Part shown: piece after piece, positions 36,203 to 44,862 of the stretch
Layout: the number at the start of each line of letters is the position of its first letter
Position numbering within the stretch: position 1 is the first letter of the stretch
From: an uncultured candidate division Zixibacteria bacterium
GTDB lineage: Bacteria; Zixibacteria; MSB-5A5; GN15; FEB-12
Assembly (NCBI GenBank): GCA_963707365.1
Contig: CAVPPI010000004.1
Span: 880,465-944,464, forward strand
DNA length: 64,000 nucleotides
Direction: 5' to 3'
Made by a program: the position numbers and the translations under genes
The notes under the pieces: model-generated
Database searches by the model: none
What the model saw: the letters and a program-made list of their open reading frames with translations, nothing else
Told to the model about the DNA's origin: nothing

Positions 36203-37588
36203 CTATTTAGCTGGCTTATAATAAGTTAAGCATTTCGGCCGATTGGTCAACGACTTTTTTTGAGCAGAGAACCGGCCAATCACCGGGAAACCTCTTTTAA
36301 AAAAGACCGGCGAGCCGGTTAAAACAATTCCGGCCAGGGACTTATGTAAATTAAAATGACCGACAGCAAAGACAATCAGGGTAGGTACGACAAATTTACG
36401 GTAAACTTTGAGCAGGTCGCTGCCAAAATACTCATTAGTGAGAATCAGGCAAAGGTGAGTCGGGGACAATATGATCCCCAGGAACCCCGAAATGTAGGCC
36501 AGGAAGATATGCGCCGGAACGATTTGCGGCTGATACAGATAGCCGGCCAGCAGAGTGTATCCCAGACCTACATAGGCGGCCACCATACCGGTAAGAATGC
36601 CGGCGGCAAAACATACCAGGAAAATAACGAGCCCGGCAGGTAGATTCAACGATGCGGCAATGGATGGAATCGCTTTTATCGCTCCCGAGAGTTCGAGAGC
36701 GGTTTGAAACGACAGAATTCCAAACACCAAAAATATCAGCTTAACAGAAAGCCCCTCTTTCAGAGCAGCCTTGAGCTTGCCCACTGCGGGCCTTGTGAGA
36801 AGAGCAACCAGCACCAACGCCACAGCGACGGCGATAGCCAGTTCCAGCTTAAAGATAGCGTAGAGCCCGATAGCTAAAGCTATGGGCCAAATTGCGCCCC
36901 CTATTCCGCGCAACGCCGAGAAAGTATTCACGGAATCGGCTCTGTTTACCTCAATCTTTCGAGTGATGAAGATCACGCCCACTGTTGCCATCACGAAGGT
37001 CATGGGCAGTTGAAGCAACGATACTTTATAGATCGGCAGACCGGTAAGAGCTTCCGTTAGGATCAAACCGGGATATATGGGCCAACCAAATTCGGCAATG
37101 TGTCGAAACCAGTAATTCGTAACCAGTTTGAATTCCGGAGAATGGTCCCCCTCGGACAAAACATTGTCGACCAGAGGGGCCGAAAGAAGCGAACCACCCG
37201 GCATAGGCATAAGCCCCACAAGGGTAGGCAATATGGTAGCTGCCGTTCGACCTCCCCCCGGTAGTTTTCGGCAAGCCGCGGTCAATTTATTGAGAAAGCC
37301 CAGTTCTTTCAGCAAGGCGCCAAGGATTGTGATTGAAACCACGATAGCCGTCAGGGAGATGAATCGTTCCGACTTAACCAGTTGCCAGTAACCGTTCAGT
37401 AGAACCCGGAAATTCAAACCGTAAAAGACAGCCGTGATAATGCCGGCTCCGAACAAAGTAACCCCGACCGGGATTTTCCGTCTCAGGGCTATAACGATAA
37501 CAACCAGAATGGCTACAAGCTTAACGGCATCCATGGTGCGTATGTAAGCTAATAAAGCCACATTGTCAATCGGTTTACCGTCAGCCAA
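36203..37588 (-). CDS. DUF401-family polytopic membrane protein
   Basis: At least 10 predicted TM helices and LPTLVGLMPMPGGSLLSAPLV. The likely start is MDAVKL at 37534. Confidence 0.5.
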   Translation of the reverse strand: MADGKPIDNVALLAYIRTMDAVKLVAILVVIVIALRRKIPVGVTLFGAGIITAVFYGLNFRVLLNGYWQLVKSERFISLTAIVVSITILGALLKELGFLNKLTAACRKLPGGGRTAATILPTLVGLMPMPGGSLLSAPLVDNVLSEGDHSPEFKLVTNYWFRHIAEFGWPIYPGLILTEALTGLPIYKVSLLQLPMTFVMATVGVIFITRKIEVNRADSVNTFSALRGIGGAIWPIALAIGLYAIFKLELAIAVAVALVLVALLTRPAVGKLKAALKEGLSVKLIFLVFGILSFQTALELSGAIKAIPSIAASLNLPAGLVIFLVCFAAGILTGMVAAYVGLGYTLLAGYLYQPQIVPAHIFLAYISGFLGIILSPTHLCLILTNEYFGSDLLKVYRKFVVPTLIVFAVGHFNLHKSLAGIVLTGSPVFFKRGFPVIGRFSAQKKSLTNRPKCLTYYKPAK

Positions 37589-37671
37589 AAAAAACCTGAC
37601 AGCAACAAGGAGGGCGCTTATAATGGTGAGCCATCGAGAAACAATTTCTCTTGAAGGAGAACACTGGGCTC

Positions 37672-38526
37672 ATGCGTAGTCGCGCCTTAAAAACGGTAAC
37701 GAGCATCAACGGCAGGCTGGTCAAGCGCGGCCAGGACAAAATATCCGTCTTCGACAATGCCCTGCTGTATGCCGAGGGATTGTTCGAAACGTTCCTCGCC
37801 GTAGACGACAGGATCATTTTCGAATCAGAGCACCTCCGAAGGCTGTACAAGGGCGCCGGCGTGATAGGACTGCATCCGCCGGTTGATGAAGATCGCCTGA
37901 GGCAGTGGATGGCCAAAACTCTGCGGTCCCACCCGGACCGAATCAAGAAACTCCGCCTGACTGTCACCAGCGGAGAATCAGCCCGATGGGTCGGCACACC
38001 GGGCGAACCACAGGTGATCCTGAGTGTATCCCCGCACGAGATGCCGAAGCAGCCATTCAAGCTGCACGTATCCAAATTCAGAGTCGACCACAAATCCGTA
38101 TTCAGAGTGATAAAAACCATATCTTACGCTATTCATGCTGCCGCCCTGAAGCAGGCCCGCGCTGAAGGCTGTGATGACGCTCTTATGCTTAATGAGGACA
38201 ATAACGTCGCCGAGGTCACCTCCGCCAATGTCTACTGGGTTAAGAGAGGGCGCATTTACACACCTCCGATCGGCTCAGGGTGTCTCGAAGGCGTCACGCG
38301 GGGAATAGTGATAACGGAGTCTAAGAAACTCGGCCTGTCGATTGAAGAAAAAAACTGCACGCTCCGGACGCTAAGAAATGCAGACGAAGTATTCATATCC
38401 AGTTCTCTCAAGCTGGTCGTGGGGGTTTCTCTCATCGTAACTGACCGACAGTCACGCAATATCCCCCGGGGGCCTGTCACGGATGCATTGTATCACCATT
38501 TCAGAAAGATGACAGGGCTGAAATAA
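37672..38526 (+). CDS. Class IV aminotransferase (branched-chain/D-amino-acid aminotransferase or aminodeoxychorismate lyase family)
   Basis: ISVFDNALLYAEGLFETF and EVTSANVYWVKRGRIYTPP...CLEGVTRGIV. I prefer the ATG at 37672 with the upstream AAGGAG over the track's TTG at 37651. Confidence 0.75.
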   Translation: MRSRALKTVTSINGRLVKRGQDKISVFDNALLYAEGLFETFLAVDDRIIFESEHLRRLYKGAGVIGLHPPVDEDRLRQWMAKTLRSHPDRIKKLRLTVTSGESARWVGTPGEPQVILSVSPHEMPKQPFKLHVSKFRVDHKSVFRVIKTISYAIHAAALKQARAEGCDDALMLNEDNNVAEVTSANVYWVKRGRIYTPPIGSGCLEGVTRGIVITESKKLGLSIEEKNCTLRTLRNADEVFISSSLKLVVGVSLIVTDRQSRNIPRGPVTDALYHHFRKMTGLK

Positions 38527-38618
38527 CGCTTTTGTTTTAAATTGACTTGGCCTTCCCAACTGCTCTAATTTTCCCACAAGAAGTTATAGTCTGGACTCCA
38601 ACGAGAAGGATAGATATC

Positions 38619-39428
38619 ATGAATAGACCGCAATGTGTTTTCGCAGCACTCGCTATATTTTTTGTGACGTGGCTTCCGGCAAAAGCGCAGGAAGATTTCA
38701 AGACTAATCTTTACGATGTCCCGCCGCGGTCACTGGTGGACCTGCCCACGGCAGGAACGTTTCCGCGAGGATATTTCAATTTAGGCGTCAGGTTATATCC
38801 CGGCGGGGGCGCTATAGGAAATACCGATATCGGGTTATCCAACCGTTTGACCATAGGAATCTCTTTCGGCGGTGAAGGCGTCATCTCCAACGCCGATCCC
38901 AACTGGAATCCGACCATAGAGTTCAACGTAAAATTCCGGGTGATCGATGAACTGGAGTACTTCCCCGCCGTCACGGCTGGTTTCTGCTCACAGGGATTCG
39001 GGGCTTTCAGCGAAGAGTATGACCGGTACACTTTCAAGTCGAGAGGTTTTTTCGCCGTTGTCAGCCGGAGCTTTTACTTCTATCAGTGGACCTCGGGATG
39101 GCATCTCGGCGTGAATTACTCGCTTGAAAAAGAAGTCGACGACGAAAAAGATGTCAACTTCTTCGGCGGCTTTGACGCTACATTCAAATACAACCTGGCT
39201 CTCCTTCTTGAATACGATGCTGCCCTCAACGATGATCGATCGACCCTTCCCGATGGCCGACCGAATGTCTTTGGCGGCAAAGGAAGAGGTTATCTGAATC
39301 TTGGTATCAAGTGGCTGTTTGCCGAGAATCTGGAGTTGGAAGCACACCTGAAGGATCTTCTGTTAAATCGCCGCGAATCTGATACGATTACCAGAGAGAT
39401 AACGATAACTTATATAGACAAGTTCTGA
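38619..39428 (+). CDS. Hypothetical secreted / outer-membrane beta-barrel-like protein
   Basis: The ATG at 38619 is preceded by AAGGA. The signal peptide is MNRPQCVFAALAIFFVTWLPAKAQ. The body has alternating beta-strand-like sequence and ends in an aromatic residue (...YIDKF). Confidence 0.5.
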   Translation: MNRPQCVFAALAIFFVTWLPAKAQEDFKTNLYDVPPRSLVDLPTAGTFPRGYFNLGVRLYPGGGAIGNTDIGLSNRLTIGISFGGEGVISNADPNWNPTIEFNVKFRVIDELEYFPAVTAGFCSQGFGAFSEEYDRYTFKSRGFFAVVSRSFYFYQWTSGWHLGVNYSLEKEVDDEKDVNFFGGFDATFKYNLALLLEYDAALNDDRSTLPDGRPNVFGGKGRGYLNLGIKWLFAENLELEAHLKDLLLNRRESDTITREITITYIDKF

Positions 39429-39433
39429 TTGGA

Positions 39434-40168
39434 TTACAGCGCGAATTTGCGCCAGCGCTTCAACACCAGTTCTGCGAATTCACCGACGCTGTCTATCACT
39501 TTTTCACGATACCGGCGGGCCTGCTCAACATCGAAATTGGGCTGCCCCTCCCCCTCTTTGTACAGAAGGATTGAACCCGGCACCGGGTAAACATCGGCGC
39601 CCGGCCTGAAAAACCAGGCCAGGTCCGGGTCGTGCGTGCCCTCATCGACCAGACCGGGGTCTATGGCCTGCACCATAGCGGTCTCATCGGTGCCGGCGTG
39701 TCCACCGGCATGCCCGAAAACTTCCTGCGTAACATCAGCGCACAGGTGCCACCAATGAATCACGGCTACGTTGGCTTTCTTTTCAAAATGGAATTCGGTA
39801 GCCACCGTTTTCAAGTCGGTGTTATTGCCGCCATGGCCGTTCATGATAAATATGTTCTTGAACTGAGAATCAACCAGCGAGTTCAGCACATCGCGCACAT
39901 ATAACCGGAACGTATCCGGCTTTACCGTAAACCCGCCGGGATACCGGTACAACGATTTGGTGATGCCATAGTTGATTGTCGGTGAAATAAGCGCGTTTAT
40001 GCGCCCGGCTATGCCGTCGGCGATATCCTCGGGGATCTTATTGTCGGTCCCCAGGCACGAGGAGCCATGCGCCTCAACGGTACCCACCGGCAGAATGACG
40101 GTGTCGATCTCCGATGGTACCCGTTTCTGAATTTCTAACCAGTTGAGACGATCAATGTGCCGCTGCAA
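39434..40168 (-). CDS. Creatininase-family amidohydrolase
   Basis: LPVGTVEAHGSSCLGTDN and IMNGHGGN, 244 aa. Confidence 0.75.
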   Translation of the reverse strand: MQRHIDRLNWLEIQKRVPSEIDTVILPVGTVEAHGSSCLGTDNKIPEDIADGIAGRINALISPTINYGITKSLYRYPGGFTVKPDTFRLYVRDVLNSLVDSQFKNIFIMNGHGGNNTDLKTVATEFHFEKKANVAVIHWWHLCADVTQEVFGHAGGHAGTDETAMVQAIDPGLVDEGTHDPDLAWFFRPGADVYPVPGSILLYKEGEGQPNFDVEQARRYREKVIDSVGEFAELVLKRWRKFAL

Positions 40169-40918
40169 CTATGGCTCCAATCTGGCCAAAATTCGTTCCA
40201 GCACTTTTTCCGTTTCGCGGGCAGACTGTTCATCACCTTCGAAGCGGAACTGGTTAATGTCGCGAATCATCATCTCGAGTTCTTCGGCGTTCTCCACGCA
40301 GTACCAGATTTCCAATTCCGACCAGGCAAGATCCTTTGTCGTGAAAGCATCCGACACCTCAGAGTATATGGCCGGTGATTTCCAGTCGAACTCGGAAAGA
40401 TTGATCTTATACGAACCCGACATACCTATCACATAATAGCGACCTTCCGGCGTCGGACCGAATACCGCATCGGATTTGGTGAGCATCTTCAGAGCCGTAC
40501 TCAGCATACCTGCTCTGATAGTAGGGGTTCGACTCCCGGCTACCAGCACATGCTTGTAGCCCTCATCGAAACAGCTCTTAAACACTTCTTCAACGCGTAT
40601 ACCCCATCGGTTCTTTTCAAGCTCAGTAGCTTTGAAACGAGTCTTGAAGAAGTCTTCGTGCTTACCCTTGAGCCTTTTGGCCAGGTAGTCGGTAACGATC
40701 TTGACCAAACGTATTCTATCGGGGTTGTTAATATAGAACAGTCGGATATCTGCTTCTTCCACAGCGGAAGCATTGACGATGGTATCAGTAATAAAAGCCT
40801 GATGCAGGAAACGCAGATTATCTCCCTGGATAGGTCCGAAATCCATCGAGGAACCATCTTCCTTGGGTTCCTGGATACAAATGGCTATTACAGAATCTCT
40901 TTTTTTCTTTTGGTGCAT
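40169..40918 (-). CDS. DUF2064-like (GT-A-like) protein
   Basis: HVLVAGSRTPTI ... DAVFGPTPEGRYYVIGM resembles the DUF2064 family. It abuts the creatininase-family gene with no gap. Confidence 0.45.
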   Translation of the reverse strand: MHQKKKRDSVIAICIQEPKEDGSSMDFGPIQGDNLRFLHQAFITDTIVNASAVEEADIRLFYINNPDRIRLVKIVTDYLAKRLKGKHEDFFKTRFKATELEKNRWGIRVEEVFKSCFDEGYKHVLVAGSRTPTIRAGMLSTALKMLTKSDAVFGPTPEGRYYVIGMSGSYKINLSEFDWKSPAIYSEVSDAFTTKDLAWSELEIWYCVENAEELEMMIRDINQFRFEGDEQSARETEKVLERILARLEP

Positions 40919-40952
40919 GAGACCCGGTTGAGCGTATGGTTAATTTGCTCAC

Positions 40953-40981
40953 AATATATGGGTAGCGATTTGGGTCGTCAA
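40953..40981 (-). promoter_or_regulatory. Sigma70-like promoter upstream of the DUF2064-like gene
   Basis: On the minus strand, TTGACG (40981-40976), a 17-nt spacer and TATATT (40958-40953). Confidence 0.4.
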
Positions 40982-41013
40982 GATTATGCAAGTCGAAAAT
41001 CGGATAATTATTT

Positions 41014-41757
41014 TTATCCGATATTTTGCAGGGCCGGCACTTTCTGGAGAATAAACGCCGATATCAACTGAAGCCAGTTGAAGAATATCATGATACCAAC
41101 CAGCATCAGCAGCGAACCGGAAATAATCTCCACGGCACGGAAGTGACGTTTGATAAATCCGAAAGTGCCTATTAAGTAGTTAAATAACAGAGCGGTAAGT
41201 ATAAACGGGATTCCCAGACCGGCGGAATAAAATAACAACAGCATTACGCCATGGCTTACCGATCCCTGTTGCGCCGCCAGAGTCAGGATAGCGCCCAGGA
41301 TTGGGCCGATGCAGGGAGTCCATCCGAATGCGAAGGCGATTCCAATGGCCATGGAACCAACAACACCCATGGTTTTCTTTCGGGCGTGAAAACGTTTTTC
41401 ATAGTTGAGAGCCTTAATCTTGAATATGCCGACCACATGAAGTCCGAAAGCAAAGACCAGGACACCTGCTATCTTGTTGAAAAGGTTGAGATTCGACTGT
41501 AAAATTTTGCCGATCTTGGTTGCGCCGGCTCCGAGCAAAACAAACACCAGGGAGAATCCAATCACGAAAAACACCGTGTTGATCAACATCTTCCACAGCT
41601 GCGCGCGGGATCTCTCTTTGGAACTCAACTCCTCGATTGAAACGCCCGAGATGAAAGAAAGATAACCGGGAATTAATGGCAGCACGCACGGCGACACAAA
41701 GGAAAGAAGTCCGGCCAAAACGGCGGCAGGAATTTCTACAGTCGGTTGATCGAACAC
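41014..41757 (-). CDS. ccdA: Cytochrome c biogenesis / thiol-disulfide transfer protein CcdA (DsbD family)
   Basis: LSFVSPCVLPLIPGYLSFISG and GWTPCIGPILGAIL, with 6 TM helices. Confidence 0.85.
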   Translation of the reverse strand: MFDQPTVEIPAAVLAGLLSFVSPCVLPLIPGYLSFISGVSIEELSSKERSRAQLWKMLINTVFFVIGFSLVFVLLGAGATKIGKILQSNLNLFNKIAGVLVFAFGLHVVGIFKIKALNYEKRFHARKKTMGVVGSMAIGIAFAFGWTPCIGPILGAILTLAAQQGSVSHGVMLLLFYSAGLGIPFILTALLFNYLIGTFGFIKRHFRAVEIISGSLLMLVGIMIFFNWLQLISAFILQKVPALQNIG

Positions 41758-41824
41758 AATTAGGTCCTCACCTCTTTAAATCTTTTAGGGTAATTAAACA
41801 ACTGAGCGCAGGAAAAGTTTTGAA

Positions 41825-43063
41825 TCACTGATTCTTTTCAAGGTGCTTGATAATTTCCCGTTTGAGCAGGTCCAGCAATTTCTCGCTATCTATTTTAGCG
41901 GCAATTGATTGGGCCACCTTCTCCGCCAGTTCAGATATGAAGCGACGCGTAAATAGCTGAATCTGTTCAGGCGTCATCTTCTCAATGGTATCCTGCCAGT
42001 TGAGGGGCTTGCCCTTGCCGCCACCGGCCTTGATATCATCCGTGATTGTCACACTCTCGGGTTCATCCGAACGAATCTTCTCTATCTCTTTTTTGAACTC
42101 GTCGATAAACTCATTGACTCCCTGACCCTTGGAAGCAGCACCGTCACTTTTCTTGCCGGGCTTAGGCGGGGGAGTAATGGGGTCGACCATCGATGAGTTC
42201 TCTGAAAAGAGCAGTTCGCCAGCCTGCTCGGCCGGTGCCCCTTTCGGCTTCTTTCCCGATGGGGTCTGATTTTCTTTGCGAACCTCGTCTATGAACCACT
42301 CGTAATCGTGCGCGCGATCCTCGGCCTCTAAATTGGCGGCGTCTTTATCGATCAGTCCGTATTGATCGTTAAGAATCTCAAGCTTACCCGAAGAGGCCAT
42401 TTTATCCTTATGTCCCGCAGCCGGGCTGTGACCGATCTCGGCATTCTCATCCCTGATCAGCAACGACTCGACCTTGCCGGAATCGCTGCCATTGGCATCG
42501 CGATCATAATGATCATAACCGACCATTTTCTCGGGCTGCTGACGAGATTTTTTATGCTTTGCGGTTATTTGCGTTTTGTCCATGACCTCGGAATCGGTGA
42601 CATCTATCTGATCCAGTCCGAGCGCAGCATCAAGAAACTCATCTTCAAGATCCGCGCCGCTGAGAGGATTGGAGGTCCCTGCTGTTTGTTTGGCGGCCGG
42701 CTGTCCCGCAAACGCCTTAACCTTCTCAACGAATTCCTTAGGGTCAAACGGTCTGGCAATAATGACTTCCTCCGGAAACGGCAATCCGGGAGCATCGGGG
42801 TCGGAAAAGACCAAAAGAGGAATCGATGATACCCGGGGGTCTTCCTGGATATATTCGTACAAAGGTTTTCTGCCTTTGCCAACCAGTTCGCTACCGACCA
42901 GCAGAATATCAGGGCGCGAGAACTCCATGACTTCCAACGCTTTTTCGCCCGAAACCACGGAGACAACCTCGAAGCCATTCTGCCTGAGGACGGATTCGGC
43001 CACAGTTCTAATGGTATCAGATTCTTCAGCGAGTAAAACTCTTTTATGCATAGTATTTATCAC
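41825..43063 (-). CDS. Receiver-domain-like protein lacking the phospho-acceptor Asp, with a long charged C-terminal region
   Basis: VLLAEESDTIR..., PDILLVGSEL, IPLLVFSD and IIARPF follow the CheY-fold pattern. About 290 residues rich in D/E/K/P follow. Confidence 0.6.
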   Translation of the reverse strand: MINTMHKRVLLAEESDTIRTVAESVLRQNGFEVVSVVSGEKALEVMEFSRPDILLVGSELVGKGRKPLYEYIQEDPRVSSIPLLVFSDPDAPGLPFPEEVIIARPFDPKEFVEKVKAFAGQPAAKQTAGTSNPLSGADLEDEFLDAALGLDQIDVTDSEVMDKTQITAKHKKSRQQPEKMVGYDHYDRDANGSDSGKVESLLIRDENAEIGHSPAAGHKDKMASSGKLEILNDQYGLIDKDAANLEAEDRAHDYEWFIDEVRKENQTPSGKKPKGAPAEQAGELLFSENSSMVDPITPPPKPGKKSDGAASKGQGVNEFIDEFKKEIEKIRSDEPESVTITDDIKAGGGKGKPLNWQDTIEKMTPEQIQLFTRRFISELAEKVAQSIAAKIDSEKLLDLLKREIIKHLEKNQ

Positions 43064-43068
43064 CGCCG

Positions 43069-43896
43069 TTAGTCATTTATTTTTCTGTCCGAGAGTCTCG
43101 ACGAAGCTTCCTCAAGGAATTTGCGGTCTTCCTTGCTGATATTTTCGATTCCGACCTCATTAATTTTGTCGAGGATATCATCTACCCTCTTCATTATTTC
43201 TTCGGCCTTTTGTCGGTTTTTCTCCAGTTTCGCAGATTGCCGTCGATAACGCAAGTCTTTAATTTTCCGGCCGAACGAGAGCCGTCGCCAATCGGATTTG
43301 AAGAATACAAAACCGAAAATCGCACCTCCCAAATGGGCGAAATGGGCAACGTTGGGACCACCAAACAAAAAACCCAGAAGCATCAAACCGGGGATAGCCC
43401 ACTTTACCATCACTGGAAACAGAAACCAGATATAGAGATGTCTATTTGGGAAAGATACCCAGTAGGCTGCCAACACACCGTAAACGGCGGCCGAAGCTCC
43501 TATCATCGGTATTGACTGAGAAGACTTGACTACCAGTGTCAGGATTGCTCCAGCCAGACCGGCGAGGATGTAGAAACGAGCAAACCGTTTAGTGCCAAGA
43601 CTATATTCGATTTCCGTACCGAACATCCATAGGGCGAACATATTAAAGAATAGGTGCCCAAAACCGCCGTGGAGAAACATATAGGTCAACGGCTGATAGA
43701 GCAAATTCGGAAATTCCGACAGGAATCTTGATGGCGTCAGTCCGAGAGAGTAGCTCAACTGAGGATAAAGGTTCTGAATTATAAACACCGCCAGATTGGC
43801 GATGATCATCACTTTGATAAAAGGAGACAGTGAGCCGGGGCCGAAACCAAAGCTTCTCCTGGGATTTCTACCGCTATTTTGATTGTAGGTCATCAC
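43069..43896 (-). CDS. Rhomboid-family intramembrane serine protease
   Basis: HGGFGHLFFNMFALWMFG, the catalytic-Ser motif GASAAVYGV and the His motif AHLGGAIFG. A charged C-terminal tail follows. Confidence 0.85.
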   Translation of the reverse strand: MMTYNQNSGRNPRRSFGFGPGSLSPFIKVMIIANLAVFIIQNLYPQLSYSLGLTPSRFLSEFPNLLYQPLTYMFLHGGFGHLFFNMFALWMFGTEIEYSLGTKRFARFYILAGLAGAILTLVVKSSQSIPMIGASAAVYGVLAAYWVSFPNRHLYIWFLFPVMVKWAIPGLMLLGFLFGGPNVAHFAHLGGAIFGFVFFKSDWRRLSFGRKIKDLRYRRQSAKLEKNRQKAEEIMKRVDDILDKINEVGIENISKEDRKFLEEASSRLSDRKIND

Positions 43897-44275
43897 TTAA
43901 GTATATCGGAAGTTAAACGAAATCATTTAAAAGACTATCGCAATTAACTCCTACCCAATTACTTGTCCTGTTTGCGAGAACAGCTTCCGCTGCTGCTATC
44001 ATCATCTCCCTCCGGGAGATCTCGTGGCGGCATCGCTCAAGAATGGATACCGAATCGGGGAAAGACCTTGGTGACAAGGATAAACCAGACACCAAGAAAC
44101 ACTGCCACCGAAATTATGTCATACAAGTCCATTGTTGTTTCCTATACAGGTTTCGCGGACATTCCCTGGCCCGCACAATATAGTTGTCCGCCTCTAATAA
44201 TAGAAATGTAAATTGCATTGATAAGTTCCATTGCGCACAAGCTTTCGGATTCCCGGTATAAATTGGACATGCTCT

Positions 44276-44314
44276 AAAAAACAGGCCGACCCGGATTCAC
44301 CGGACCGGCCTGTT
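44276..44314 (-). terminator. Rho-independent terminator after trxA
   Basis: Minus strand: AACAGGCCGGTCCGG-TGAAT-CCGGGTCGGCCTGTT followed by TTTTT. Confidence 0.7.
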
Positions 44315-44335
44315 AATATCTATAACACGGGCGTA

Positions 44336-44665
44336 TCAGTTAAAAGCTTTGTCAATGCGAGCTGCCAGTTGGGCCTTGGGAATGGCGCCCACCACCTGGT
44401 CAACCATCTCACCGCCTTTGAAAAACAGTAGCGACGGGATTGACATAATATTGTATTTACCGGCAGTAACGTTGTTGGCGTCAACATCGAGTTTAACAAC
44501 CTTGACCTTTTCCGAGTACTCAACAGCGATTTCTTCCAGAATGGGAGCTATCATCTTGCAAGGGCCACACCAGGTTGCCCAGAAATCCACGATGACCGGC
44601 TTATCAGACTGTAAAACTTCCTGATCAAAAGTGTCATCAGTAATGTTCAACGGTTTGCTCATCAA
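44336..44665 (-). CDS. trxA: Thioredoxin
   Basis: WATWCGPCK active site, 109 aa. Confidence 0.95.
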   Translation of the reverse strand: MMSKPLNITDDTFDQEVLQSDKPVIVDFWATWCGPCKMIAPILEEIAVEYSEKVKVVKLDVDANNVTAGKYNIMSIPSLLFFKGGEMVDQVVGAIPKAQLAARIDKAFN

Positions 44666-44862
44666 ATGCCTCCAATTAATATCTCAGTATCAATATATTT
44701 TCCCTATTAACAACAACGTCCCCCGGTTGTTCCACGAAGGTGAAATAACCACCACGACGCTGTTATTGGCTTTCGCATGTTACGTTTTCAGGTCACCAAT
44801 ATCAAGTTAATATTGAGAAAAGGTGATGACGGCCTTTCGGCCGGAAGAATTAGGATAACGAT

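Noticed and set aside
44833-44855. A short GGCC-GAAA-GGCC hairpin after the 1405-aa gene as a terminator
   Set aside because: The stem is only 4-5 bp and the following tract is only weakly T-rich. That is too weak to call.
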